Assembly: GCA_965208675.1 (NCBI GenBank)
Contig: OZ242351.1
Span: forward strand, 32,001-96,000
Length of the DNA: 64,000 nt
Origin: Candidatus Poribacteria bacterium
GTDB taxonomy: Bacteria; Poribacteria; WGA-4E; PCPOR2b
Direction of reading: 5' to 3'
Made by a program: the position numbers and the translations under genes. The notes under the pieces were generated by a model. That model was not told the origin of the DNA. It did no database searches and saw only the letters and a program-made list of their open reading frames with translations. Numbering within the stretch: position 1 is the first letter of the stretch; each line of letters starts with the position of its first letter. Below, one piece after another: positions 1 through 10,505 of the stretch.

Positions 1-186
1 ATCCAACAGAACAATATCCCCGCCTTCATCCATTAATCGTTTCAGGCGCTGCGGCGAGATAGAATATTCAGCAGGATCAAAAGGCAGGATGGCGTCGTCG
101 GTGCTCGGCGCAGCTTTAGGCAGGTGTTTTTTCTTGACGTATGTGTTATAAAAAGTTTTGATGGTTGATTTAATGCTCTTCAGCAT
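1..186 (-). CDS. Rhodanese-like domain protein, N-terminal part (runs off window edge)
   Basis: Hand translation from ATG at 186: MLKSIKSTIKTFYNTYVKKKHL...EYSISPQRLKRLMDEGGDIVLLD, a typical rhodanese N-terminal signature; not in the ORF track. Confidence 0.65.
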   Translation of the reverse strand, partial: MLKSIKSTIKTFYNTYVKKKHLPKAAPSTDDAILPFDPAEYSISPQRLKRLMDEGGDIVLLD

Positions 187-419
187 GAGTTTCTCTCATT
201 TTTGGCAATCTACGATTTTTAATGCAATCCGAATGACTAAAGCAAGCATTAAGTTCAATCTGATGTAGAATTGGGGTTTAACTATTATTGTGAATATATG
301 AAAATCGCCCCAGATATTAATCAAAAACGCACATAAATGTCAAGGGTTTGATTCATGATATACCCGCGGCGTGGAATATTGGGCTGCGGGCGCCATTCCC
401 TCCAGTCTAAAAATCACGT

Positions 420-1610
420 ATGAAATCCAAACCGTTTAAAATTCTTTTTCTAGATAATGGGGCCGGTATTGGCGGTGGGCAGCGCAGTCTACTGCTCCTA
501 ATCAAGAATCTGGATAAGACGCGTTTCACCCCAATTATTGGTTGTTTGCCGGACAGTGCGCTCGCAGCCGAAGCGCGCAAGGCAGCGCAAAAAGTTGTAC
601 CGCTAAACCTTCCCGAACCGCATGATAAGGCGGATATTCACCATCGTTTCACATTTGGAGACCTCATTGGCGATTGTAAGTATATTGCAGTGGTCATCCA
701 AATGCTGCGGGTAATTAGAGAAAACCGCGTGAATCTCATCCATGCAAATTCCTTGGCAGCCGCTTTGATTGGCGGTGCCGCTGCTAAAATCATTGGTGTA
801 CCAATTATCATGCACAAACGGTATGCCACATCGTATGGGCTATTAGATCGGATGGGGGAGAAGTTAGTTGACTGTGTTATACTTGTTTCAAGAGCGACCC
901 GTTGGAATTTTGCAGCCAAATCCAAGCAGGCGCTCATTTATAATGGTGCTGAACTAGAGGCGCCTCATGCCTCAACAGCAGAGGTGAAAGCTGTGCGATC
1001 GAGCTTAAATCTCTGCCGCGAGGACATGTTGGCGGGGATAGTGACACGTATTACATTTGAGAAAGGCATTCATATTTTGATTGAGGCGATGGCGAATCTC
1101 AAAAACCGGCGCCGAATCAAACTAATTGTTGCGGGGAAACCTTACTTTCAGCAGGATTTTGATTACCTCGAACGTCTTAAAGCCCAAATAGGTAAATTGG
1201 GACTGGCGGATTCCGTGATATTCACTGGGTTTCTGACTGATACACGAGCAATAATGGCGCTTCTTGATATGGTTCTGCTCCCTTCAATAGTTGACGAAGC
1301 TTGTCCGCGTGTGATTATAGAAGCTATGGCGGCAGGTAAACCTGTAATAACTACTCCCCTAGGCGGCAGCAAAGAGTTGGTTACCCCGGAATCCGGGATT
1401 TTCGTACCTCCGGAAGATGCCAAAGCGTTAGCCGCAGCCATTACACTGCTTGCGGATAATCGGCAACATTCGAGACGGATGGGAATTGCAGGACGTGCAA
1501 GGGTGGAAAAACTATACAGCGCTGAAAAAAACACCCGATTAACTGAACTACTCTATTCACGCTTGCTAAATCCCTCATCACCCTCGGAACAGAAGGTGAG
1601 TAGTTCATAA
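420..1610 (+). CDS. Glycosyltransferase family 4 (GT-B)
   Basis: GGGQRS N-terminal motif; KGIHILIEA; EACPRVIIEAMAAGKPVI. Confidence 0.9.
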   Translation: MKSKPFKILFLDNGAGIGGGQRSLLLLIKNLDKTRFTPIIGCLPDSALAAEARKAAQKVVPLNLPEPHDKADIHHRFTFGDLIGDCKYIAVVIQMLRVIRENRVNLIHANSLAAALIGGAAAKIIGVPIIMHKRYATSYGLLDRMGEKLVDCVILVSRATRWNFAAKSKQALIYNGAELEAPHASTAEVKAVRSSLNLCREDMLAGIVTRITFEKGIHILIEAMANLKNRRRIKLIVAGKPYFQQDFDYLERLKAQIGKLGLADSVIFTGFLTDTRAIMALLDMVLLPSIVDEACPRVIIEAMAAGKPVITTPLGGSKELVTPESGIFVPPEDAKALAAAITLLADNRQHSRRMGIAGRARVEKLYSAEKNTRLTELLYSRLLNPSSPSEQKVSSS

Positions 1611-1769
1611 CAGCATTGACGAACGGACAAACTCGCATCAAAATTAACAGCTCGAAGCACAATTGGCCGCGACGCCGTTATCAAAACAACGTATGGACTT
1701 TAAGATTTGCGGTAGCCGGTTCTATTACCTGTAGGCACGCTTCAAGCTGATACGAGATTTATTTCAAAA

Positions 1770-2387
1770 ATGCACATCCTCGACCAACAATACCGCAATG
1801 TCCTCATCTTTTTAGTGGTCGTGATACTCGCGGGAAGTGGATACTGGATGCTCAAGCGTTTTAACCCGGCGCTGTTCCTTGGTGAGCCGGACTTCGTCGT
1901 CGATCCAATTGAACGCGATCCACCCGCGGATATTTTGGTCCATGTTGCCGGCGCGGTTCAGTCACCGGGAGTATATCATCTTCCGGTCGGCGCACGCGTC
2001 GAAAAGGCTATTGAAATAGCCGGCGGACCGACGGAAAAGGCTGATATTCACAAACTAAATCTGGCTGCGAAAGTCAGCGATGGCCAGCGAATCCATGTAC
2101 CGGAATTGCGTCAAGCCTCGCCGCCTCCAGTCGACACAAAACACTCTTCAACCGGTTCTCCCGCATCTACTTCAGCTAATTCCAATCAAAAATTACTCAT
2201 CGATCCCAATGTTGCTACATTTGAGCAATTACAAACGCTTCCGCGTATTGGACCAGTAATGGCGCGGCGCATCATTGAATACCGAGAAACCAACGGATCG
2301 TTTTCAAGCGTCGATGATCTCGTCAGGGTAAGAGGAATAGGAGACAAAACGCTAGCACAAATTCGACATCTCGTTGACATCCGATAG
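1770..2387 (+). CDS. comEA: ComEA-family DNA-binding protein (TM + SLBB + HhH)
   Basis: VHVAGAVQSPGVY, LNLAAKVSDGQRIHVP, LQTLPRIGPVMARRIIEYR, VRGIGDKT. Confidence 0.9.
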   Translation: MHILDQQYRNVLIFLVVVILAGSGYWMLKRFNPALFLGEPDFVVDPIERDPPADILVHVAGAVQSPGVYHLPVGARVEKAIEIAGGPTEKADIHKLNLAAKVSDGQRIHVPELRQASPPPVDTKHSSTGSPASTSANSNQKLLIDPNVATFEQLQTLPRIGPVMARRIIEYRETNGSFSSVDDLVRVRGIGDKTLAQIRHLVDIR

Positions 2388-2473
2388 GAGAAATGTGAGG
2401 AAGGCAGTCGTAGGAAGGGGAGGATTCATCTCCTTAGTTGCCCATCTTCTCTAAGAAGGTTCACCAACGTTGG

Positions 2474-2836
2474 TTATGGGTGGGCTATAGGTTCTGTCGA
2501 TTCTGCAGGCTGCGGGTCCGGTACCGCCTCGGAATCCATGGCTTCATCAATAATCTGTGTGAGGTGACGAATTGTATCAGCGCATCGCCTCTGCTCGCCA
2601 TACATTTGCGCGGCGATATTCAGGGCTGCCATGGTTGCAACGCTGATAGTATCGTGACCTTTTTGGCGGAATTGCTGCATCATCCGATCCACGAATTCGG
2701 CTAGCGTGCGAATATCCTCTTCAGTTAAATTATCAGTCTGCTTAATAGTGTATTGCGTGTTGAGAATACTAACTTTAATTGATGAAGCAGACCGTGATGT
2801 TGTAGAAGGAGAGGAATCTGAAACGTTCATAATCAC
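2474..2836 (-). CDS. zapA: Cell division protein ZapA
   Basis: IKVSILNTQYTI...LAEFVDRMM...VATMAALNIA. Confidence 0.8.
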   Translation of the reverse strand: MIMNVSDSSPSTTSRSASSIKVSILNTQYTIKQTDNLTEEDIRTLAEFVDRMMQQFRQKGHDTISVATMAALNIAAQMYGEQRRCADTIRHLTQIIDEAMDSEAVPDPQPAESTEPIAHP

Positions 2837-2854
2837 CCTGAATCGAAGAAAATT

Positions 2855-3730
2855 TTACGTTTGACCCAACGCTTGCTGAAGTGCACGCCGCATTACGTCA
2901 ATCGGCGGTGAAACTCGCGTCCATTTTTCAAAAGCAATTGCCCCTTGGTAGAGGAGCATCCCTAGACCGCCAATTGTATGGCAACCTTGCGTCGAAGCCG
3001 CTTTCAACAAGCGGGTTTCGGGGGGGGTGTAGATAATGTCGTACACGATAGATTGTGGAGTTAACCACTCGGGCTGTATCAAAAGCGGGTGTGAAAAATC
3101 CATACTTGCCGAGGCCGTATTGACTATTAACTGACTCATTGATACCGCATTTGGCAGTCTGGCATCGTCAATTCCCATCCCAAGAATTTCCGCGCTTGTT
3201 TTGTCCGCAAGATCGGCAGCAAGTGCAACGGCTTTTGACGTGGTGCGGTTGGCGATGACAATGGATTGCAGTTTTTCACGGGCTAGGGCAACGGCGACTG
3301 CCCGTGCTGATCCACCTGCCCCAATCACTATAGCAGAACCGTTTCGAGGCACCTCATGCCCGGCATGCTTCATTGCGAGCAAGAATCCGGACGCATCTGT
3401 ATTTTCGCCTGTAATCTTGCCTTGCTTGAATATCAATGTGTTTGCTGCACCGATGAGTGCAGCTTCTTGGGAGATTTGGTCGAGGAATGGAATCACACGC
3501 TGCTTGTACGGAACGGTGACATTCACTCCAATTATTCGGCACGCCTTGAACCCTTCAAGGGCAACCCGCAAATCTGTCGGTCGAACGTGGAATGGGACGT
3601 AAACGTAATCCAGACCGATTTCCGAAAAGGCGGCATTGTGCATTTGCGGTGAGCAAGTATGCTCGACCGGATCGCCAATAACTCCAACGATTTTAGTTTT
3701 GCCTGTGATATGTGACGCGTAATGATTCAC
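2855..3730 (-). CDS. aroE: Shikimate dehydrogenase
   Basis: GDPVEHTCSPQMHN, NVTVPYK, GAANTL, NTDASG, GAGGSARA, MLLYQG. Confidence 0.95.
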   Translation of the reverse strand: MNHYASHITGKTKIVGVIGDPVEHTCSPQMHNAAFSEIGLDYVYVPFHVRPTDLRVALEGFKACRIIGVNVTVPYKQRVIPFLDQISQEAALIGAANTLIFKQGKITGENTDASGFLLAMKHAGHEVPRNGSAIVIGAGGSARAVAVALAREKLQSIVIANRTTSKAVALAADLADKTSAEILGMGIDDARLPNAVSMSQLIVNTASASMDFSHPLLIQPEWLTPQSIVYDIIYTPPETRLLKAASTQGCHTIGGLGMLLYQGAIAFEKWTRVSPPIDVMRRALQQALGQT

Positions 3731-3925
3731 TCTTTTGCGTGCACGAATTTTTCATTAACGCACTGAATTTTCCCGCAGTAGAGCAGCCCGTCAAACGATT
3801 TTAACTCATTATCTCCAGCGGTTATTAATTACTCTAAGACTAGTTGTTCGAAGTTTCATTGGTTGGTTTTTCCCCTTATGCAAGATGCAGATGAATGTGC
3901 TTCTTTCTTTATGCAGTCAACGGAA

Positions 3926-6900
3926 TCAACTACGAATCTTCGATAACAACGCTTCAGCCTTTTGTTTAGCGGTTTCCATCTTTGGGTAACGCACTTCTCG
4001 GTAGCCGCAAACTTCTTGAGGAACATCCAGCGCACGAACGTGAGTTTCGTAATCAACAGCATCTTTTGGGGCAAAGGTATCAACAACCTCAACGATATAC
4101 CAATCTCGAAAGATTTTTTCCTTTGCATGCCACTGAGAAAGCCAACGTCTGAGGAACCTCATCCGTTTCATCAAATTCAGTTGCCAGTTCCGGGTGTTCA
4201 TGTCCCACCTAATATCCATGCCCATCACGTTAAAATGCGGCCGGTTAAGGTGAACATACTTAATCCTATCTCCATTTGACTCATCGACATTGTACTGCGC
4301 TTTGTCGCGTTTTAATTTATCCTCTCTAGTGAGCAGGTGAGCCACGTAAATTTCGTCTTTTATGAGCATCACCTTGTGCAAGTTGATGATTGCGGATTTG
4401 GTGGCTCGAAAACCCTCTGTACGACAATCCTTGGCATAGATACGCTGAATCTTTTCGGTGTATCGGCGGGCATAATTCAGGTCTTCGAATTGAATCAGAT
4501 CGTATACCCGCAACGCCAAGCCGCGATTGGTCTCTTCATCTAATCCCATGTCCTCAACTGCTTCTTGAACCAGTTTTTCATATTCACCCGCCAGGACTTC
4601 GCCGCGCCATCTTTTCTCTAACGTACCGCATTTCTGCCTAAGTAACGATTTATACCCTTGCTGATTTGGCGCCGCTGAATAGATATCTGCATCTATCGCA
4701 ATCCGCCTTCCAATGTCAAAAGCGCGTTGATTGGATGCCAAATCAGACGGTTTCGCCACCCATTTCAACGCTGATTGAATGTGGTCTAATTCGAGTGGTA
4801 GCTGCCCACGCTGGAATGCCACGCCTATCAGCATGATGTTTGCGTAAAGATTGTTTCCCAGTAATCTCTCAGAGACCTCAAATAAATTCGCACCAAAATA
4901 TTCATCAGTTTTGGTGTATGCCCGTATGCTTTTCTCCAAATCTGCGATTTCAAAGCTATCCTTGCCGATGAGGGTGGTTACGGTATCCGTTTTTGCAGTG
5001 TTTACGACAGCGGTCGTTAAATCAGGGGTGGCGACTCGAAAAGGGGCTTTTGAATCAATACCGCGTACAGCCTCTAAAATGTCCAAACCTAGCAGGAGAT
5101 CCGCCTTGCCGTACGGGATGATAGGAGAAATCTGATTGTCGGTTTTTGAATAAGTCACATGCGCGTATACGCCGCCGTTGCGTATTGCCAACCCTTTCTT
5201 ATCGCAGAACCGTACCTGATACCCTTGGGCATATCCGGCGAGAACCAATATAGAGGAAATTGTGCCGATTCCCATGCCGCCTACCCCCGCGGCGTAAACA
5301 CTCCACGTCCGATCGAAACCGCTAAACGATGGCAGCGGAAGCGGGTCGACCGCCGTGGGAGCAGCACCAATCGGCATCTTTTCTTCGTGCATCCCCAGAT
5401 TCGAGTCTGTATCAACCAACACTTTCGGTGGACGTTTGCGCGTCACGATGACCTCTTCAAATGACGGACATGCCCACTTGATTCGAGCGCATGCCCCGTC
5501 GGTCACACAGTTCGATGAATCAATGCCAATCTTTGGCCCGTAATCAGTTTCATTGACCTTTAGGCCGGGACAACCTGTGGCTTTGGTACATTCCAGACAA
5601 AATTCGCAAACTTCCGGCGTGATATTGATATGCTTCTCAACCTTCAAAAACCCTTTTTCTTTTATTGTCTTGTGGTTTTCACGGCGCAAACGGCGATGAT
5701 AAGTGATTCCGCACTCCTTATCCGCGATTACAATCTTAACGCCCGGATTGAGAATGGTGTCCTCAAGAAGCGCCTTATACTTGACACGATCCTCAGGATC
5801 AGTTCGGACGATGAAGAGATTGGAACTCCCGCCTGCGAGTCCACGGGCTACTTTTTCGATGTCCTGAGCGAACGTTGAATTGCCGAGAATGTCATCCTCC
5901 CCCGCCGGCGTGGGTTGATGCCCTGTCATCGCGGTTGTCTGATTATCCAAGATAACATACGTAATGTCTTGTCCATTCTTTATAGAATCGGAAATTGCCG
6001 ACATCCCTCCGTGGAAAAAGGTGGAATCGCCCATAAAGACAATCTGCTTATTTTTAATGAACGAATCAATTCCTGCTCCCGTACCGCCGCCCAACGCCAT
6101 GGCTGATAGATTGTGCATGAGACGCGGAAAGGGTTCGTACTTCAGCATAGAATAGCAGCCGATGTCCCCATGAAAAACGAGATCTACAGGCGGCGAGGCG
6201 TGCTGCTTTTTCATGTAGTCGGCGTCCATGAATTGCTTGGTAATATCCAGAAAGACGCTCGAAGAATCGCGATGCGGACACCCCGGACAAAAAGTCGGCG
6301 TTCGCGCCGGAATGTTAACTTCATATGAATTGACCTGTTCAATTCGATTTTCTTCACGCGAAAGCGCACTTTCAACCATGTGGATTTTCACGGGCGTATC
6401 TTCTTCCCGCCCATGTAATCCCTTGGATGGTAAGGCGGAGTCTGTCCGCATCTTCCGCCGAAGTAGTGGAATCAACCGTTGAATAACGACTGACGGATTG
6501 AGTCCGAGCGATTCGGGAATCCCAGGTAAATCGTTTGGGAATTGTTTTCCCCATACTTGTACATGCCGATCTATCCCGCCAGTTTGGTAGAGGTCGCCCA
6601 CTATAGCTTTGATATCTTTTTCAAGTAGCGGCCGCTTCTCCTCCACGACGTAAATCTCGCGGACACCCGCCGAAAATTGGCGCACAATCTCTGTATCAAC
6701 TGGATGCGTCAAACCGAGCTTTAGGATTGGAATTTGACCTTGGATTTCCAGCTCATGCAGCGCATGTTCGAGATATGTGTAAGCCACTCCCGACGTGACA
6801 AAACCCATCTCGTGCCGGGTACCGTTTAGATTGTAAATCTGATTTAGATTGCGGCGTCGCGCAGTCTCAATCGCATTGGGAAATCGTCTTTCTAGAGTTT

Positions 6901-7573
6901 CAATCTCAATTCGAGCGCTATCGGGCGGTAAAACCACCCGGTTATCAATATTGATATCATCTGTATTGAGTGTGGTGGTGTGGTTTGCGTTGATGTCGGG
7001 ATAGCGGTTCGGATGAAGCTGAACATTTCCCCCGCCATCCGCCTGATTCACTGTGACTAAGTAGGCTGTGTATAGGTTTGAATTAGCGGAGAGTTCAAAG
7101 GCAACACGCAGCCAATCTTTCACTTCCTGAAATGTGCTCGGTTCCACGACTGGCGTATAGAGATGGCGGGCTAAAAAACGCGAATCGGCAGGTACTTGTG
7201 TACTGCTTGACGCCGGATCATCTCCGACGACGACAACAGCTCCCCCCGTAGTTCCTGCTAAATTGCTAATAGCTAGGGCGTCAGACGCTACATGGAGTCC
7301 AACGCTCTTCATATAAGCGACAGCGCGGAGTTTTGCCATCTGTGAACCGTTAAGCCGCGCTACACTAAGGGCTTCATTGTTTGCAATCTGCGCGACAATG
7401 CCGTGCTCCTTAAATAGGTCGGCGTTCCGTCGAATGACTTCGAAAACATCGGCAAGCGGCGATCCGGGATATCCTGTTAACAGACTGACTCCGCTCTCTA
7501 ACGCGCCTTTAATTAACAACTCACATCCTGTATAAACATTCGTACCACTTTCCTGTATAAACCTTTTATCCAT
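3926..7573 (-). CDS. Single-chain indolepyruvate/2-oxoacid ferredoxin oxidoreductase (IorA-IorB fusion)
   Basis: GYPGSP, RTPTFCPGCPH, GDIGC, GDSTFFH TPP motif, CEFCLEC ferredoxin, GVGGMG and GLAIRNGGV beta-domain motifs. Confidence 0.9.
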   Translation of the reverse strand: MDKRFIQESGTNVYTGCELLIKGALESGVSLLTGYPGSPLADVFEVIRRNADLFKEHGIVAQIANNEALSVARLNGSQMAKLRAVAYMKSVGLHVASDALAISNLAGTTGGAVVVVGDDPASSSTQVPADSRFLARHLYTPVVEPSTFQEVKDWLRVAFELSANSNLYTAYLVTVNQADGGGNVQLHPNRYPDINANHTTTLNTDDINIDNRVVLPPDSARIEIETLERRFPNAIETARRRNLNQIYNLNGTRHEMGFVTSGVAYTYLEHALHELEIQGQIPILKLGLTHPVDTEIVRQFSAGVREIYVVEEKRPLLEKDIKAIVGDLYQTGGIDRHVQVWGKQFPNDLPGIPESLGLNPSVVIQRLIPLLRRKMRTDSALPSKGLHGREEDTPVKIHMVESALSREENRIEQVNSYEVNIPARTPTFCPGCPHRDSSSVFLDITKQFMDADYMKKQHASPPVDLVFHGDIGCYSMLKYEPFPRLMHNLSAMALGGGTGAGIDSFIKNKQIVFMGDSTFFHGGMSAISDSIKNGQDITYVILDNQTTAMTGHQPTPAGEDDILGNSTFAQDIEKVARGLAGGSSNLFIVRTDPEDRVKYKALLEDTILNPGVKIVIADKECGITYHRRLRRENHKTIKEKGFLKVEKHINITPEVCEFCLECTKATGCPGLKVNETDYGPKIGIDSSNCVTDGACARIKWACPSFEEVIVTRKRPPKVLVDTDSNLGMHEEKMPIGAAPTAVDPLPLPSFSGFDRTWSVYAAGVGGMGIGTISSILVLAGYAQGYQVRFCDKKGLAIRNGGVYAHVTYSKTDNQISPIIPYGKADLLLGLDILEAVRGIDSKAPFRVATPDLTTAVVNTAKTDTVTTLIGKDSFEIADLEKSIRAYTKTDEYFGANLFEVSERLLGNNLYANIMLIGVAFQRGQLPLELDHIQSALKWVAKPSDLASNQRAFDIGRRIAIDADIYSAAPNQQGYKSLLRQKCGTLEKRWRGEVLAGEYEKLVQEAVEDMGLDEETNRGLALRVYDLIQFEDLNYARRYTEKIQRIYAKDCRTEGFRATKSAIINLHKVMLIKDEIYVAHLLTREDKLKRDKAQYNVDESNGDRIKYVHLNRPHFNVMGMDIRWDMNTRNWQLNLMKRMRFLRRWLSQWHAKEKIFRDWYIVEVVDTFAPKDAVDYETHVRALDVPQEVCGYREVRYPKMETAKQKAEALLSKIRS

Positions 7574-7816
7574 TTTTCATCTGCCTTCTAAACTTATCAC
7601 TATGGGGAATGAGCTCAACCCCTCCACTTTGAAAAACATGGATTTTTCCTTGTCTGCATTTCTATTGTGAAAAGATACTTGAGATGGAATACCAATAACT
7701 CAACATCCAAATGCGCGCAATTCAGCCAGTCGTTCTGTTTTATCCGAGGTTTGATCAAAAAGTCCATATGCAACCATGTGAAAATCAAATTAGCTGCCGA
7801 CAGCGGCATTTTTGTT

Positions 7817-9550
7817 TCACTCGAAAGGCATCGGACTTTGTCCTTTTAACAGTTCACGCGCGCGTTCGAGCGTCGTTTCCGTCGGCTCACCACCATGCAT
7901 CCGGGCAATTTCCTCAACCCGTTCTTCCGAAGTCAACAGTTTCGCCGAGATGGTAGTCCGATTGTCGTTCACATGTTTTTCAACACGAAAATGCCTATCA
8001 GCGAGGCGTGCGATTTGCGGAAGGTGAGTGATACAAATGACCTGGCGCAATCGCGCCAATTCCTCCAATTTTTGTCCAACAATGTCTGCGGTTTGCCCGC
8101 CGATTCCCACATCAATTTCGTCATAAATCATTGATGGGATGCTGTCAATTCTGGCGAGTGCAGTTTTCAGGGCAAGCATGACGCGAGAGATTTCGCCCCC
8201 GGACGCAATTTTTGCCAAAGGTTTCGGTTCAGATCCCACGTTGGGCGCGATAAGAAATTCAACATCATCCATCCCATTGGATTTCAATTCATACTGTTTT
8301 CCTTTAATCTTTAAAATTCCATTGGGCGATTCCGCCGGTTGCACAAGAATCTGGAATCTAGCTTTATCCATTCCCAACGTATGGAGTTGCATTTCGATTA
8401 ACGATTCTAACCGGATGGCGGCCTCTTTTCGTTTTTCCGAGAGTTCAACGGCGAGTTGCTGCCCTTTCTCTATCGAGGCCTGAATCCGGTTTTCCAGTTC
8501 TTCAACGTGTTCAGAACTTACTTGCAATTCTTTCAGTGTCTGATTCACATGCACCTGATAATCCAACATTTCAGCGATAGAATTGCCATATTTCCGTTTC
8601 AGCCGGTGGATGAGGTCCAAACGCCCTTCGACATCCGCGAGACGAGTTTGGTTAAATTCAACAGCGTCGCGGTAGTCGCGAATCTGATATGAGATATCCT
8701 CCAGCTCGTACAAAGCAGATTCCAGCCGGGAATTCAACTCATCTAGATGTCCGTCCATATTGCTCAGTTTTGAGATTGTGCGGCTTATCCCTTTGAGATT
8801 GTCTAATATGGAAGCGTTCGATGGGTTGCCGCCATAAAGCTCATCATACGCCAGACTCGCGGATTCAAACCGGGTCTCTGCGTTGTTGAGGAGGTTACGC
8901 TCATTGATTAGGCTCTCTTCCTCCTCTTGTTTAAGTTCGGCATTCTCCAATTCATCTCGTTGAAACTCCAACAGTTCCTTTTCACGTGCCGCATCGTGCA
9001 ATTTCCGAGAAATATTGTTAAGACGACCGCGCAACGTGTGAATTTCATCGTACGTTTGACTGACCTGCGATCGGTGCCCTCCAAGTTTACCGAAAGCATC
9101 GAGCAGATTCAAATGTGTTTCGGACCGAAAAAGCGACTGATGTTCATGCTGCCCGTGAATATCGACCAGCAGGTTCCCAAGCTCCTGAATGAGTGTCAGG
9201 TTTACCATCTGCCCGTTTAGATAACACCGACTCCGTCCGCTTGCGCTAATCTGGCGAGATATTAACAAACCCTCCTGCGAATCCGAGATATTCGCTACAC
9301 CGGATTCACGCAGGTAGTGCCATCCGGGATGGTCCGGCGGCGGATTAATGGCAATTTGCACGTTAGCGTGATCTTTACCCGATGGAACGACACCCGATGC
9401 GCGGCGCTCGCCTAGTGCCAATCCCACGGCGTTCAGAATGACAGACTTTCCGGCTCCGGTTTCACCGGTGAAGATATTTAGACCAGCGGAAAATACGAGC
9501 TGGAGTTCATCAATAAGCGCGACGTTTCGGATATAAAGTTCTTCAATCAT
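7817..9550 (-). CDS. recN: DNA repair protein RecN
   Basis: TGETGAGKS Walker A, IHGQHEHQ, ASGGEISR, YDEIDVGIGG, ITHLPQIA. Confidence 0.97.
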   Translation of the reverse strand: MIEELYIRNVALIDELQLVFSAGLNIFTGETGAGKSVILNAVGLALGERRASGVVPSGKDHANVQIAINPPPDHPGWHYLRESGVANISDSQEGLLISRQISASGRSRCYLNGQMVNLTLIQELGNLLVDIHGQHEHQSLFRSETHLNLLDAFGKLGGHRSQVSQTYDEIHTLRGRLNNISRKLHDAAREKELLEFQRDELENAELKQEEEESLINERNLLNNAETRFESASLAYDELYGGNPSNASILDNLKGISRTISKLSNMDGHLDELNSRLESALYELEDISYQIRDYRDAVEFNQTRLADVEGRLDLIHRLKRKYGNSIAEMLDYQVHVNQTLKELQVSSEHVEELENRIQASIEKGQQLAVELSEKRKEAAIRLESLIEMQLHTLGMDKARFQILVQPAESPNGILKIKGKQYELKSNGMDDVEFLIAPNVGSEPKPLAKIASGGEISRVMLALKTALARIDSIPSMIYDEIDVGIGGQTADIVGQKLEELARLRQVICITHLPQIARLADRHFRVEKHVNDNRTTISAKLLTSEERVEEIARMHGGEPTETTLERARELLKGQSPMPFE

Positions 9551-9576
9551 AATGTAAATTGAAACATCTCTATTCC

Positions 9577-10446
9577 TCAGGTTTTACGTTTCGCGCCCTC
9601 TCCTAACATCAATTTGCTCCTTAAAGCGTCGAATGCGCTGCGATGCTGGGAACGAATGAGTTGGATGGTCTTTTTCGCCTTTCGGATACGAATCAAGCAG
9701 TCTGAGGTAAGAGAGTGCGTTTCGCGTTGTCCGTCAACAAATAGGTCGACGCTGCTGTAATCATAACGAATCGCAACAGTAATCTCGGAATCTCCGTGTG
9801 CAATAAACGGACGAACCGTGAGGGAATGGGGTGCAATCGGCGTTAAAAGAATTGCATTGAGGTGCGGATCGACAATAGTTCCCCCGCTTGCTAGGGAATA
9901 GGCTGTTGAGCCGCTTGGAGTGGCAATAATCAAGCCGTCAGCGTTGTACATCATGAACACTTCGCCATCAATGTAGGTATCGAGTTCAATCAGTTGTCCA
10001 TAGCAGCGAATTACAACATCATTAAGGGCAAAAGATTGCGAACGCTGCAAATCGGGATTGTCCACATCGATTTCAAGCATCATCCGCTGATCGATATTGT
10101 AATTCTCCGCAAAGATGTTTGTTAACGCGGGGTAGAGCTCATCAAGCGAAACTTCGGTAAGGAATCCAAGATTGCCGAGATTGACCGCGAGGATTGGCAC
10201 GTTTTCTATCTGGGGCGTGTGCGCGGCGTTTAACAGCGTTCCGTCGCCGCCAAGCACCAATAAAAAATCGCATTGGTCAACAACACCGTCCTGATTGCAT
10301 CCGGAAGGAGGTGCACCGAGTGCTAAAGCTTGCTCATCAGGAATCAACGGCTCGATACCTCTGTCCTTAAGCCAATTGTATACGGCTATGACGACATCGG
10401 ATGCTTTGGGCTTAGACGTGTTGACAAAAAAACCAACTGTTTTCAT
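9577..10446 (-). CDS. nadK: NAD kinase
   Basis: LGGDGTLL, GNLGFL, ALNDVV, DGLIIATPSGSTAYSLASGG; adjacent to recN. Confidence 0.95.
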   Translation of the reverse strand: MKTVGFFVNTSKPKASDVVIAVYNWLKDRGIEPLIPDEQALALGAPPSGCNQDGVVDQCDFLLVLGGDGTLLNAAHTPQIENVPILAVNLGNLGFLTEVSLDELYPALTNIFAENYNIDQRMMLEIDVDNPDLQRSQSFALNDVVIRCYGQLIELDTYIDGEVFMMYNADGLIIATPSGSTAYSLASGGTIVDPHLNAILLTPIAPHSLTVRPFIAHGDSEITVAIRYDYSSVDLFVDGQRETHSLTSDCLIRIRKAKKTIQLIRSQHRSAFDALRSKLMLGEGAKRKT

Positions 10447-10505
10447 AATCTCATCGCTATGGGGCAGAACTACACCGGGATCGCAGCGATTTCAATTCAG
10501 TTGAG

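Noticed and set aside
2388-2473. 6S RNA downstream of zapA (common synteny; TGAACC and a small hairpin present)
   Set aside because: Only ~85 nt are available before the convergent comEA stop, too short for a ~180-nt rod; more likely a terminator-like hairpin.
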